Assembly (NCBI GenBank): GCA_002507245.1
Contig: DAZI01000065.1
Coordinates: 1,949 to 65,948, forward strand
Direction of reading: 5' to 3'
From: Candidatus Bathyarchaeota archaeon UBA233
GTDB lineage: Archaea; Thermoproteota; Bathyarchaeia; Bathyarchaeales; UBA233
DNA: 64,000 nucleotides
Shown: positions 37,117 to 47,473 of the stretch, piece by piece
Layout of the letters: every line of letters begins with the position of its first letter
Numbering within the stretch: position 1 is the first letter of the stretch
The notes under the pieces: generated by a model
Told to the model about the DNA's origin: nothing
Seen by the model: the letters and a program-made list of their open reading frames with translations, nothing else
Database searches by the model: none
Made by a program: the position numbers and the translations under genes

Positions 37117-38154
37117 TTGGCTAGATTAGCTAAATTGAAATTTGCGATGAGCTTCTCTATTTTTCTTGTTACTCTAATATTTTCACTCTTTCTTCTAGGT
37201 TTGATGATAATCTTAAACTTGCCACTCGTGTTCGCCTTCATAGGTACTGCTACATTTATTTTGATACAGTATCTTATCGGTCCAGCTTTGGTCAGAGCTT
37301 CTACTAGGCTTCGCTACTTGGAGCCGGGTGAGAATCAGTGGTTAGAATCTACGGTTAAAGAGTTAGCTGAAAAAAGCGAGCTATCTATGCCACGTTTAGC
37401 AATTGTCCCTGATAGGACACCTAATGCTTTCGTTTTTGGAAGAACCACTAAATCCGCTACTTTGGCAGTTCATGAGGGCTTGCTTGAACAACTTAACCAA
37501 GATGAAGTTCGAGGAGTAATTGGTCATGAGCTTGGGCATTTGAAGCATAAGGACCACCTTGTAATGACTGTTTTATCAGCCCTGCCACTTTTGGCTTATC
37601 TCATCGCCAGAACAACTTTCACAGCAGCCCGATTTACTAGGAACACTACTTCAAGGAGGAAAGGCGGCGGTGTTGGAGCTGCGTTGTTCCTCATAGCGGT
37701 AGTTTCCTACGTAATTTATATAATTTCGCTTTTATGTGTCATGTATCTAAGCCGCTTAAGGGAGCATTATGCAGATGCCTACTCCGCCTACTTGACAGGC
37801 TCTCCTCGAGATTTAGAAAGTGCTTTAACAAAGATTACGTATGGCCTTTCACTTTCACCAGAGCCACCTTCAGGCGCTAGAACTTTCTATATAGGCGACC
37901 CAGCTCTTGCAAAGCAAGAGTTCCGCCACATAGTAGAGAAGAAATCTGAATATGATCTTGATAAGGATGGTGTACTGGACGAACGAGAACTAGAACTTGC
38001 TATGGAAAAAGAGGCTAAATCCACATGGATTACCATAAATACGTGGTTTTCTACACATCCTCCGACTTTCAAACGGATTCTGCTTCTCCGCGAAATAGAG
38101 CGGGAAATGGCTACTGGAAGATACACGGCGAAGCGCATTTATGCCCATGTCTAA
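37117..38154 (+). CDS. htpX: M48-family zinc metalloprotease HtpX homologue
   Basis: N-terminal TM helices, HELGHLKHKD zinc motif, two further TM helices, downstream E..AD and STHPP motifs. Confidence 0.8.
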   Translation: MARLAKLKFAMSFSIFLVTLIFSLFLLGLMIILNLPLVFAFIGTATFILIQYLIGPALVRASTRLRYLEPGENQWLESTVKELAEKSELSMPRLAIVPDRTPNAFVFGRTTKSATLAVHEGLLEQLNQDEVRGVIGHELGHLKHKDHLVMTVLSALPLLAYLIARTTFTAARFTRNTTSRRKGGGVGAALFLIAVVSYVIYIISLLCVMYLSRLREHYADAYSAYLTGSPRDLESALTKITYGLSLSPEPPSGARTFYIGDPALAKQEFRHIVEKKSEYDLDKDGVLDERELELAMEKEAKSTWITINTWFSTHPPTFKRILLLREIEREMATGRYTAKRIYAHV

Positions 38155-38840
38155 CTTTCTCGCTTTAAAACCTCCTTAATAACTTCAATGAACTTCAGCA
38201 CTTCCTCCTCTTTTCCTACGTCAAACATGAAAGTTCCGTCAATCCATTTCTCAGCTAGACTTAGCAAGATTGGATTAACTTCTTGTTTGATATAAACGAG
38301 AAAACATCGAGCTTTTTTGTTGCAAGCCTTGATTAACATGAAGGATGCTAGTGCTGTCTTTAGACGAGACGCATCTAACTCTACTTTGGCCTCAACCACA
38401 ATTTTAGGAAGAACAAACGCATCAATAGCGGTTCCTATGGCGATGTCAACCTCTACCCCGTAGGCTCCATCTCTTTCAATGGATACTACACTACGCTTCC
38501 CCCAAAAAACATTCAACGGTTTGTAAATGTAGACTTCCCTTCTCAATAGGCGATAAATATATTCCTCAAAAGAAAATGCACGAAACTTACCGAAAAATTG
38601 AGCTACGCCTATCTCTTCCTTATTTTGTTGAATATACTTCATGAATCTTAGAAAGGGTGTTGGCTCCAGATTTTCCACCCATTCAGTATATAGCTCCTTT
38701 AACCTGTGACCAATCATCCTTTTTCGACGGATAGGGCTCGAGCATAACTCCTCTATATAGTCAATTGGTTTTTTGAGACGTGGCATTGGAGTAGATCCCA
38801 GAAAAGTAGAAGGGTTAAATGCATTTATAACCTTAAACAT
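38151..38840 (-). CDS. hypothetical protein with a possible PD-(D/E)xK nuclease core
   Basis: 229 aa. FEEYIYRLL ... VEVDIAIG ... KIVVEAKVELD gives E...D...ExK spacing. No partner methyltransferase nearby. Confidence 0.3.
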   Translation of the reverse strand: MFKVINAFNPSTFLGSTPMPRLKKPIDYIEELCSSPIRRKRMIGHRLKELYTEWVENLEPTPFLRFMKYIQQNKEEIGVAQFFGKFRAFSFEEYIYRLLRREVYIYKPLNVFWGKRSVVSIERDGAYGVEVDIAIGTAIDAFVLPKIVVEAKVELDASRLKTALASFMLIKACNKKARCFLVYIKQEVNPILLSLAEKWIDGTFMFDVGKEEEVLKFIEVIKEVLKRES

Positions 38841-38875
38841 CCTTTTGATTCAAAACGGGGAAAGGGTGAAGAAGG

Positions 38876-39574
38876 TTGAAGGTTAAGCTTCTTCGTTATA
38901 CTCCTGATCCAGAACTTCTCTGTGGTGCTGCTGCGTTAACTTCTTCCAGACATGAAGGGGCTTCAAAAATAATCGAAAAACTGGATTTGGGAAAGGCAAG
39001 ACGAGTAGTCCGGAGAGTTACGGGTTATGGGCATGAATCTGTTATTGAGCATGCCTGTTTCACTTTCAGCTTGGAAGGAATTTCACGGGCGATGACTCAT
39101 CAACTTGTTAGACATCGCATAGCCTCTTATACGCAACAAAGTCAACGTTATGTTGCTTATAACACGCTTGGGCATTACGTCGTTCCACCTAGCATTTCGC
39201 AAAATCCTAAAGTAAAGAAAATCTTCGAAAACACTTTAATGCAAATTTCGAAGAGTTATCAAAAACTTTTGGAACATGGAATCCCTAAGGAAGATGCTCG
39301 TTTTCTTTTACCTAATGCCGCTAAAACAAACATTGTGGTGACAATGAATGCTCGTGAACTCCGACACTTCTTTAGACTTCGGTGCTGTCAACGTTCTCAA
39401 TGGGAAATACGTGAGGTAGCTATCGAAATGCTGCGACAAGCAAAAAAAGTAGCACCTTCACTTTTCGAGAACGCGGGGCCTTCATGTGTTGAACTTGGCT
39501 ATTGCCCTGAAGGAGCTATGAAGCCTGAAACTTGTAATATTAAGGAGATAAAGAAACGGTTTATTGAACTATAG
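38876..39574 (+). CDS. thyX: FAD-dependent thymidylate synthase ThyX
   Basis: The ThyX signature RHRIASYTQQSQRY is present, together with HESVIEH. Confidence 0.9.
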   Translation: MKVKLLRYTPDPELLCGAAALTSSRHEGASKIIEKLDLGKARRVVRRVTGYGHESVIEHACFTFSLEGISRAMTHQLVRHRIASYTQQSQRYVAYNTLGHYVVPPSISQNPKVKKIFENTLMQISKSYQKLLEHGIPKEDARFLLPNAAKTNIVVTMNARELRHFFRLRCCQRSQWEIREVAIEMLRQAKKVAPSLFENAGPSCVELGYCPEGAMKPETCNIKEIKKRFIEL

Positions 39575-40357
39575 TAATCCTACTTTTGTTAAGAGTCTTC
39601 TTACGGCTTTGATTGCAGGGGTGTTTGATGGAAGTTTGGTGAGTGGAATTCCTTCAAAGTTGTGTTTAAGCACGTTTTCGTCTGGAGGAACTATGCATCC
39701 GTATTCTACGCCTATTTCCTCCGCTTTTTTCATTAACAAGTTTTCGCTGGCTGCTGGGTAGCGGTTTCCGATCAGATAGAGTTTTTTGAATTCTATGTGT
39801 ACTTCTTTGGCTAATTCTTTTATGCGTTTGGCTGTTTGGATTCCCATGAAGCTTTGATCAGTTACTATAAACATTATGTCTACATCCCGCGATGTTCTTC
39901 GACTTAAATGTTCAAGACCGGCTTCCATATCCATAATTGTTAAGTCATAATTCTTGGATAAAGTGTCAATTATATGGGTTAGCAGGTTATTTACAAGGCA
40001 ATAGCATCCCTCTCCTTCGGTTCTTCCCATGACTAGAAGATCAAAGCTTGGGGTTTCCTTTAGGATTTCGAAGACACGGCTTTCAAGCAGCTCCATTTTA
40101 CTCATTTGAGGAGGTAACTCGCCTTTGTCTATAGACGTTCTTAAGCCTGTAGCCACATCTCCAACAGTTTTTGTTATTTTTACCCCCAAAACATCGGCGA
40201 GATTAGAATCTGGATTGGCATCAATCACGAGAATGTCATATTTTCCGGATTCACTTAAAAGCCTGGTGATAAGCGCTGTTATTGTCGTCTTACCTACTCC
40301 TCCCTTACCCGAAACAGCTAAAACTAGTTTTTCCGCTAGTTTCATACTAAATCTCAA
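39569..40357 (-). CDS. cooC: CODH nickel-insertion ATPase CooC/AcsF
   Basis: Deviant Walker A SGKGGVGKTT and a CxC motif (EGCYC). Divergent from cdhA. Confidence 0.8.
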   Translation of the reverse strand: MRFSMKLAEKLVLAVSGKGGVGKTTITALITRLLSESGKYDILVIDANPDSNLADVLGVKITKTVGDVATGLRTSIDKGELPPQMSKMELLESRVFEILKETPSFDLLVMGRTEGEGCYCLVNNLLTHIIDTLSKNYDLTIMDMEAGLEHLSRRTSRDVDIMFIVTDQSFMGIQTAKRIKELAKEVHIEFKKLYLIGNRYPAASENLLMKKAEEIGVEYGCIVPPDENVLKHNFEGIPLTKLPSNTPAIKAVRRLLTKVGLL

Positions 40358-40445
40358 CTCGCTTCAAACGCTAATGCCTATGCCTCAGAAATAACCCTTT
40401 CTATATAACGCCATATTCAGAAAGATTAAATAACTTTCTTCCGCA

Positions 40446-40454
40446 TTTTATAAA
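40446..40454 (+). promoter_or_regulatory. candidate TATA box of the cdh operon
   Basis: TTTTATAAA lies about 35 nt upstream of the TTG 40487 start, implying a very short leader. Confidence 0.35.
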
Positions 40455-40486
40455 CTCTTCAACTATTCATCGGAAAGTGTTCAAAT

Positions 40487-42838
40487 TTGTCCTTCAAAAA
40501 TGTACGTGTAAAAATAGATGAACTGAAAACACGCGCTGCACTTATAAAAAACCTACAACTTTCCATCGGAAATGTCATGGAAGAAACATGGGAGGAACAT
40601 GTTGGGCCAACACCTTTCCCTTCAGTAACTAGTCTCCGCGAATGGGACATGAAACTTTTAAAACGGTATAAGCCGTACTATCTGCCCTTCTGTGAACTTT
40701 GTTGCCTCTGTACTTTTGGCAAATGCGACCTTAGCGAAGGAAAACGTGGAGCCTGCGGAATTGATATGGCTGCACAACAATCTAGGATAGTTTTACTAGC
40801 GTGTTGCATCGGCGCTGCAACCCATATCGCTCATGCAAGACATCTAGTTGAACATCTAATTGAAAAGTTTGGACGTAGCCATCCAATAGATGTGGGTGGT
40901 GTACATGTCAAACTTGAAGCTCCAATTACTCGTTTAGTCTGTGGAGTTCGGCCAAAAACTCTAGGCGACCTTGAAGGAATCTTGGACTATCTGGAAACCC
41001 AGGTTACTCATTTGCTGTCAGCAACTCACACTGGACAGGAAGGAAACAATTTAGACTTTGAATCAAAGGTTTTCCATGCTGGGATGATAGATCATGTTGG
41101 GCTAGAAATCGCAGATATAGCCCAGGTCGCTGCCTATGGCTTTCCTAAAGCAGATCCAGAAGCGCCACTGGTCGACTTAGGTTTTGGAGCCATTGATATA
41201 AACAAGCCAGTTATAATGTGCGTCGGGCATAATGTTGTCCCTACTGTCGGAATCGTGGATTATATAAAATCTAACGGTCTAGACGGACAAGTTGAAGTAT
41301 GTGGACTATGTTGCACTGCTCATGATACCACCCGCTATTACCCTAAAGCAAAGATAGTTGGCCCAATTTCGTGGCAAATCCGCTTTATAAGAAGCGGAGT
41401 GCCCGATGTTGTTATATTAGATGAACAATGCATTCGAACTGACGCTTTAAATGAGGCTCAGCGAATAAAAGCCCCAGTGATAGTTACAAGCGACAAGAAC
41501 TGCATGGGGCTACCAAATCGTACTGGTGACCCTCCAGATACTATAGTAGACGATCTGATAACCGGAAAGGTCCCCGGAGTTCTCATTCTAGACCCTGAAT
41601 TAGTAGGGGAAGTAGCCGTAAGAACCGCCGTTAAAGTGGCACCTTTAAGAAAGAAATTCAAGACTCTACCAGAAACATCTGACGTTATCTCCGGAGCTAA
41701 ACTGTGTAGAAAATGCAACAACTGCAAACGAGTATGTCCCCAAGACTTAGATATTCCCGAAGCCATGGAAACTGCGGCTAACGGTGACCTATCCCTTCTC
41801 GCGGATTTATACGAGTTCTGCATAGGCTGCACTAGATGTGAACATGTATGTCCGGTAGAACTTCCAATCCATAGTTTTATAGTGAAAGCTGGGGAAAAAC
41901 AGCTCAAAGCAGAAATATTCAAGATTCGCTCCGGAAGAGGAGCTATTCAAGACACGGAAATCCGAAATGTCGGAAGTCCCATAGTGCTAGGCGAAATCCC
42001 AGGAATCCTTGCTGCGGTAGGGTGTGCCAATTATGCCAAAGGCGGAAGAGAAGTTGCCGAGATATGCATGGAATTTGCAAACCGCCGATACATTGTTGTA
42101 ACTTCAGGGTGTGCTGCCATGTCTGCTGCAATGTACAAAAACGGAGAAGGGAAGACGCCCTATGAAATGTTCACTGGGAATTTCGAGGCTGGATGTATTG
42201 TTAACGTCGGCTCCTGTGTAACTAACTCACACATCGCCGGAGCAGCTATAAAAATTGCAAGTATATTCGCTAAACGTAACTTGCGCGCAAACTATGAGGA
42301 AATAGCGGACTATATACTTAACCGTGTAGGCGCCGTTGGACTCGCTTGGGGAGCTATGTCTCAAAAAGCTGCCTCCATAGCTAGTGGCTTTTGGCGTTTG
42401 GGAATCCCTGTAATAGTGGGACCGCACGGCGCCAAATATCGTCGAATGCTAATGGGCAGGAAAGACCGTGAAGAGGACTGGTATGTTTACGATGCTAGGA
42501 CTGGTGAACGAGTATATGTAGGGCCAACGCCAGAGCATTTATTCTATGCGGCTGAAACTAAGGAGGAAGCCATGGTTATGATCGCTAAACTTTGTATGCG
42601 CCCCAATGACACAACGAAAGGTAGGGCCATAAAGTTGACCCACTATATAGACCTACACAAGCGAATGTACGGAAAAATCCCCGATGATATTCACATGTTT
42701 GTGCGGACAAAAGCGGATATACCTATTACAATGAAGGATGAAATACTTAAAATCCTAGAAGAACGCGGATGGAAGGAAACGAGAATTCCGGACCCAACCT
42801 TGCTTCCGAGGCTGATAAGAAGGAGAAAGGAGGAATAA
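40487..42838 (+). CDS. cdhA: CO dehydrogenase/acetyl-CoA synthase complex subunit alpha (CdhA)
   Basis: FCELCCLCTFGKCDLSEGKRGACGIDM N-terminal clusters. Internal 2x[4Fe-4S] insert CRKCNNCKRVCPQ / CIGCTRCEHVCPV. About 780 aa. ATG 40577 is an alternative start. Confidence 0.88.
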   Translation: MSFKNVRVKIDELKTRAALIKNLQLSIGNVMEETWEEHVGPTPFPSVTSLREWDMKLLKRYKPYYLPFCELCCLCTFGKCDLSEGKRGACGIDMAAQQSRIVLLACCIGAATHIAHARHLVEHLIEKFGRSHPIDVGGVHVKLEAPITRLVCGVRPKTLGDLEGILDYLETQVTHLLSATHTGQEGNNLDFESKVFHAGMIDHVGLEIADIAQVAAYGFPKADPEAPLVDLGFGAIDINKPVIMCVGHNVVPTVGIVDYIKSNGLDGQVEVCGLCCTAHDTTRYYPKAKIVGPISWQIRFIRSGVPDVVILDEQCIRTDALNEAQRIKAPVIVTSDKNCMGLPNRTGDPPDTIVDDLITGKVPGVLILDPELVGEVAVRTAVKVAPLRKKFKTLPETSDVISGAKLCRKCNNCKRVCPQDLDIPEAMETAANGDLSLLADLYEFCIGCTRCEHVCPVELPIHSFIVKAGEKQLKAEIFKIRSGRGAIQDTEIRNVGSPIVLGEIPGILAAVGCANYAKGGREVAEICMEFANRRYIVVTSGCAAMSAAMYKNGEGKTPYEMFTGNFEAGCIVNVGSCVTNSHIAGAAIKIASIFAKRNLRANYEEIADYILNRVGAVGLAWGAMSQKAASIASGFWRLGIPVIVGPHGAKYRRMLMGRKDREEDWYVYDARTGERVYVGPTPEHLFYAAETKEEAMVMIAKLCMRPNDTTKGRAIKLTHYIDLHKRMYGKIPDDIHMFVRTKADIPITMKDEILKILEERGWKETRIPDPTLLPRLIRRRKEE

Positions 42839-42841
42839 ACC

Positions 42842-43405
42842 GTGAGCTTAATAGCAGAACCTTGGCAAAGAGCTGAAGTTGCAGGTACAAAAAAGGCTTT
42901 GATCATAAACAAGCCTGAAATAGTAGCTGCTATGATCAAACGGGCGAAACGTCCAATTCTAGTAGTTGGACATCAAGTTGTTGAAACCGAGTTAAGTGAA
43001 GGAGAAAAGGCTATTGATCGCATAATAGAATTAGCGAAAACCGCAGAAATCCCAGTGGTAGCAACGGCGCATATTATCAAAGAATTCCTTAACCGCGGTT
43101 TCAATCCGTCATCCCATATGTCAATTATGGAAATAGGGAGCAGGCTTCAGGCCCCAGATTGGACAGGACTGGACGGGATGGGAGCTTATGACTTAGCTAT
43201 ATTCGTTGGCATACCTTATTATATGGAATGGGTTATCCTCACAGGGCTCAAAAACTTTGCCCAAAACCTTAAAACCGTATCTCTCGATAGGTTCTACCAA
43301 CCTCACGCAAATTGGTCTTTCCCAAATCTTCCCCTACAAAAATGGGATGAGCAACTCAAACTCATAACGAATTTACTTAAAGAAAGAGAGGAGGGAACAG
43401 CATGA
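42842..43405 (+). CDS. cdhB: CODH/ACS complex subunit epsilon (CdhB)
   Basis: 187 aa, sitting between cdhA and cdhC. The start of cdhC overlaps its stop (ATGA). Confidence 0.8.
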   Translation: MSLIAEPWQRAEVAGTKKALIINKPEIVAAMIKRAKRPILVVGHQVVETELSEGEKAIDRIIELAKTAEIPVVATAHIIKEFLNRGFNPSSHMSIMEIGSRLQAPDWTGLDGMGAYDLAIFVGIPYYMEWVILTGLKNFAQNLKTVSLDRFYQPHANWSFPNLPLQKWDEQLKLITNLLKEREEGTA

Positions 43406-44808
43406 GCATGTTTGAAGATATCCCAGTAGAAGTAGGCGTCATATACGAGGGCGAAAGAATACGACGAAAAGAAATGCAAGTAGAATTCGGTGGCCCCAAC
43501 ATTGAACATAAATTCGAACTCGTAAGAGTCAAAAGTCCAGATGAAATAGAGGATGGGAAAATAACCATAATTGGCCCTGACATAAAAGACATGCCCGAAG
43601 GGAGCAGTCACCCTCTAGGTATACTCGTCGAAGTAGCTGGCGCTCAACTCGAATCTGAACTGGAAGGGGTAATTGAAAGGCGAATCCATGAATACTGCAA
43701 CTTCATCGAAGGAATCATGCACTTAAACCAACGCTATGATATATGGTTAAGATTAAGCAAAAAATCCTATCAAAAAGGGCTAAACTCCCTGGTCTACATA
43801 GGTAAAGTGCTACACAAGCTCTTCAAGAGCGAGCTACCAATCATAGAGAAAATTCAGATAACCTTCATAACCGACACTGAAAGAGTTAAAGAGCCTTGGA
43901 AAGAAGCTCTCGAAATATACGAGGCCCGCGACGCAAGAGCAAGAGGCTTAAAAGACGAGGAAGTAGACACTTTCTATGGATGTACCCTTTGTCAATCCTT
44001 CGCACCGACTCACGTCTGCATTATAACCCCGCAAAGATACTCCAATTGCGGCGCCATAAGTTGGTTTGATGGAAGAGCTTCAGCGAGAATAGACCCAAAA
44101 GGACCAGTATTCGCCATTGAAAAAGGTGAACTACTCGACCCAGTTAAAGGAGAATACAGCGGAGTAAATGAGATGGCAAAGCAAAAAACCCTAGGCGAGG
44201 TAACAAGAGTTTGGCTTTACTCTGCATTCGGCCACCCCCATACGTCATGTGGATGCTTTGAAGGAGTAGCTTTCTATATTCCTGAAGTTGACGGCTTCGG
44301 CGTTGTCCACCGAGGATACCGTGAACCTACAGTCAACGGCCTGCCCTTCTCAACATTAGCTGACTCTACAGCAGGCGGACGACAAATAGATGGATTCCAC
44401 GGAATCTCCATTGAATACATGCGTTCTCCAAAGTTTCTACAAGCCGACGGCGGATGGAACCGCGTGGTATGGATGCCCTTCGAAGTTAAAGAACGTGTCA
44501 AAGACTTCATCCCAAAAGAGATAGTTGACAAAATAGCCACAGAGAAAGAAGCAAACACTATCGAAGAATTGAAGAAGTTCTTACAGGAAAAAGGACATCC
44601 CATCGTTGAAAGATGGAAAACCCTGCCAGCTGAAGCCAAAGCCATAGCCGTGGAAGAAGAAGCCGTTGAAATGCCAGCTGAAGCCCCAGTCGCGACATTA
44701 CCAACACTCCCAATAACAGCCGGCGGTTTCAAAATAATCTTAAAAGACGCCAAAATCTACGCAAAAAAGGTTATAATACGCATAGAAAAGCCCGAAAAGA
44801 AAGGGTGA
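43402..44808 (+). CDS. cdhC: CODH/ACS complex subunit beta (CdhC, A-cluster acetyl-CoA synthase)
   Basis: FYGCTLCQSFAPTHVCIITPQRYSNCGAISWFDGRA and HTSCGCFE (the Cys-Gly-Cys Ni site). Confidence 0.9.
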   Translation: MSMFEDIPVEVGVIYEGERIRRKEMQVEFGGPNIEHKFELVRVKSPDEIEDGKITIIGPDIKDMPEGSSHPLGILVEVAGAQLESELEGVIERRIHEYCNFIEGIMHLNQRYDIWLRLSKKSYQKGLNSLVYIGKVLHKLFKSELPIIEKIQITFITDTERVKEPWKEALEIYEARDARARGLKDEEVDTFYGCTLCQSFAPTHVCIITPQRYSNCGAISWFDGRASARIDPKGPVFAIEKGELLDPVKGEYSGVNEMAKQKTLGEVTRVWLYSAFGHPHTSCGCFEGVAFYIPEVDGFGVVHRGYREPTVNGLPFSTLADSTAGGRQIDGFHGISIEYMRSPKFLQADGGWNRVVWMPFEVKERVKDFIPKEIVDKIATEKEANTIEELKKFLQEKGHPIVERWKTLPAEAKAIAVEEEAVEMPAEAPVATLPTLPITAGGFKIILKDAKIYAKKVIIRIEKPEKKG

Positions 44809-44814
44809 AACCGG

Positions 44815-46026
44815 TTGGCTAATAAGCCGGAAAAAGAAAAGCAAGGAATAAGACTGGATCCAACGCTTTTTGATTTACTGGCGAAATTTCATGAAATCGA
44901 ACTTGAAGATGTGGAAATGGACGTTGGCGACCTAGAAATATGGATTCAGCCAGGGGCAACCGCTATCCCCCAAATCATGCCCAAACCTCCGTCCAAAAAG
45001 GCAAAACCTATAACTCTAATCGAGGTGGGGTTCACCCCCCCTCTCGAGCAGTATCCCGGACAGATAGTAGAAGTGAAACTTGGCGCAACCAAAAGTGAAG
45101 GTGGAACCCGTGGAAAATCCATAGTCATTGGAGGCGAAAGATCTCCTGCTTTCTGCATGTTTGAAAATCCTATGCCCAACCCGCCTATTGTTTCCCTCGA
45201 TGTATTCGACATGCGAATTCCATTGGCAAAAGCCGTTAAAATGCATGTAACTGAAGTACTGGACGATCCCGCTGCTTGGGCTAAATTAGCAGTAGAAAAA
45301 TTCGGGGCGGACATGGTTACCCTTCATCTAATAAGCATTGATCCCTTGCAGAAAGACACCTCGCCTGAAGAAGCAGTAAAAACTGTTGAAGATGTACTTC
45401 AGGCTGTAGATGTACCCTTAATAATAGGCGGGTGTGGTGATCCGAAAAAGGACTTAGCTGTATTCGAGAAAGTAGCTGAAACCTTTGCAGGAGAAAGATT
45501 CCTTTTAAGCTCAGTTACACAGGACATGGATGTGGAGAAAGCCGCTCTAGCCGCAAAGAAGCATGGGCATGTGGTTCTCTCATTTACCCCTATGGACATG
45601 AACCTTGCAAGGGAACTTAACCGTAGGCTATACGAGTTCATCCCCAAAGATCACATAGTGATGGATACAACGACAGCAGCCCTAGGCTATGGGCTTGAAT
45701 ATGCCTTCACAGTGATGGAGCGTGCAAGGCTAGCTGCATTGATGGGTGATCAAGAATTGCAACACCCTATGTCCTCAGGTACAACCAACGCGTGGGCAGC
45801 ACGTGAAGCATGGATGAAAATGGCGCCCGAATGGGGGCCAAGAGAACTTAGAGGTCCGATATGGGAAACCATTACTGCGTTAACCTTGCTTTTCGCTGGA
45901 GTAGATCTCTTTATGATGATGCATCCAGCTGCAGTTAAAACGCTTAAGGACGTCGTCAGAGAGCTTCTGAGCGGGCATTCAGGTAACGCTAAGAAAATCG
46001 CTGAGTGGATAACTGTTAAAACTTAA
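44815..46026 (+). CDS. cdhD: CODH/ACS complex subunit delta (CdhD, corrinoid protein small subunit)
   Basis: 403 aa, TIM-barrel-like. Position and length match cdhD. Confidence 0.8.
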   Translation: MANKPEKEKQGIRLDPTLFDLLAKFHEIELEDVEMDVGDLEIWIQPGATAIPQIMPKPPSKKAKPITLIEVGFTPPLEQYPGQIVEVKLGATKSEGGTRGKSIVIGGERSPAFCMFENPMPNPPIVSLDVFDMRIPLAKAVKMHVTEVLDDPAAWAKLAVEKFGADMVTLHLISIDPLQKDTSPEEAVKTVEDVLQAVDVPLIIGGCGDPKKDLAVFEKVAETFAGERFLLSSVTQDMDVEKAALAAKKHGHVVLSFTPMDMNLARELNRRLYEFIPKDHIVMDTTTAALGYGLEYAFTVMERARLAALMGDQELQHPMSSGTTNAWAAREAWMKMAPEWGPRELRGPIWETITALTLLFAGVDLFMMMHPAAVKTLKDVVRELLSGHSGNAKKIAEWITVKT

Positions 46027-46048
46027 AAAGTTTAAGGAGGCATCCGGA

Positions 46049-47473
46049 TTGACTGAAGTTCGGAAGAAAGGTTTCAAGGAATTAAGTCCAATAGACGTTT
46101 ATATGCTTCTGCCTAAAACTAACTGCAAGGAGTGCGGCTTAGAAAACTGTATGGCTTTCGCCGCGAAAGTTGTGAACCGAGAGATCAACATTGAAAAGTG
46201 TCCGCCACTGTTAACTAAGCAGTTCGAGAAGCAATACAAGCAGCTTTCCGAAATGTTAAAACCTGCCGTGAAAGAAGTGGTCATCGGAGTCGGCGAAAAA
46301 GCCGTGAAAATAGGCGGCAAACTTGTAATGCATCGTCACGAGTTCGCCTACTTTAATCCTACTCCCATAGCCATAGACGTAACAGACGAAATGACCGAAG
46401 AAGAAATAGTTGATAGAGTTAAACGCACGGAAAGCTTCTCCTACATCTATATTGGGCAGACCTTAAAGCTGAACATGATAGCTGTGCGTTCTACATCAAA
46501 CAGCCCGGAAAAATTCAAATTAACAGTCAAAAAGGTAATGGAAAACACGAGTCTACCTTTGATTCTTTGCAGCTTCGACCCTACAGTCATGGAATCCGGC
46601 TTAATGGCAGCTTCAAAGTCCAAACCGCTAATCTATGCCGCTACGAAGGAAAATTGGAAGGAAATGGCTGAACTTGCCCTTATGTATGACTGTCCCCTTG
46701 CAGTTTTCGCTCCTAATGACCTAAAACTGCTTCGTTCTTTGGTGAAAACTCTGCTTGAATATGGAGTGAAAGATCTAGTTCTAGACCCGGGAACATTCCC
46801 GACCGCAGGATTAGCTGACACGATAAACAATTTCACCATGATTCGCCGTGCAGCCTGCAAACATGGAGATGAGCTGTTCGGTTTTCCAATTTTAGGCGTA
46901 CCCCTAACAGTTTGGCTCGAGAAAGGCGAAGCGCCCTCAGAAGTGGTCATGTGGAAGGAAGCCTACTTGGCAGGTATGCTTATTGTGCGGTATGCCGACT
47001 TACTTATAATGCACAGCTTGGATGGGTGGGTTCTCTTACCAAACGTGATTCTTCGCCAGAACATATATACCGATCCGAGAAAACCTGTAGCTGTCGAACC
47101 TGGGCTTCGAACTTTTGGAACTCCAAATGAAAACTCGCCTGTAATGATGACAACGAACTTCGCCTTAACCTATTACACAGTAGCTTCAGACATAGAAGCT
47201 TCAGGCGTAGACTCCTACCTAATAGTTGTAGACACTGAAGGAATAGCCGTCGACAGCGCTGTTGCTGGAAGAAAACTTACAGCCGAAAAAGTAGCAGAGG
47301 CCATAAAGGAATCCGGAGTAGAAAACATGGTCAAACATAGGAAGCTGATAATACCGGGGAAAGCAGCTAGGCTCAGCGGGGAAATCGAGCAACTAAGCGG
47401 ATGGGAAGTCCTCGTAGGGCCAAGAGATTCCTCATCTATCCCTGCGTTCCTTCAAGAAAAATGGAGCAGGTAA
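46049..47473 (+). CDS. cdhE: CODH/ACS complex subunit gamma (CdhE, corrinoid/Fe-S protein large subunit)
   Basis: N-terminal [4Fe-4S] motif LPKTNCKECGLENCMAFA...CPPL. 474 aa. Confidence 0.88.
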   Translation: MTEVRKKGFKELSPIDVYMLLPKTNCKECGLENCMAFAAKVVNREINIEKCPPLLTKQFEKQYKQLSEMLKPAVKEVVIGVGEKAVKIGGKLVMHRHEFAYFNPTPIAIDVTDEMTEEEIVDRVKRTESFSYIYIGQTLKLNMIAVRSTSNSPEKFKLTVKKVMENTSLPLILCSFDPTVMESGLMAASKSKPLIYAATKENWKEMAELALMYDCPLAVFAPNDLKLLRSLVKTLLEYGVKDLVLDPGTFPTAGLADTINNFTMIRRAACKHGDELFGFPILGVPLTVWLEKGEAPSEVVMWKEAYLAGMLIVRYADLLIMHSLDGWVLLPNVILRQNIYTDPRKPVAVEPGLRTFGTPNENSPVMMTTNFALTYYTVASDIEASGVDSYLIVVDTEGIAVDSAVAGRKLTAEKVAEAIKESGVENMVKHRKLIIPGKAARLSGEIEQLSGWEVLVGPRDSSSIPAFLQEKWSR

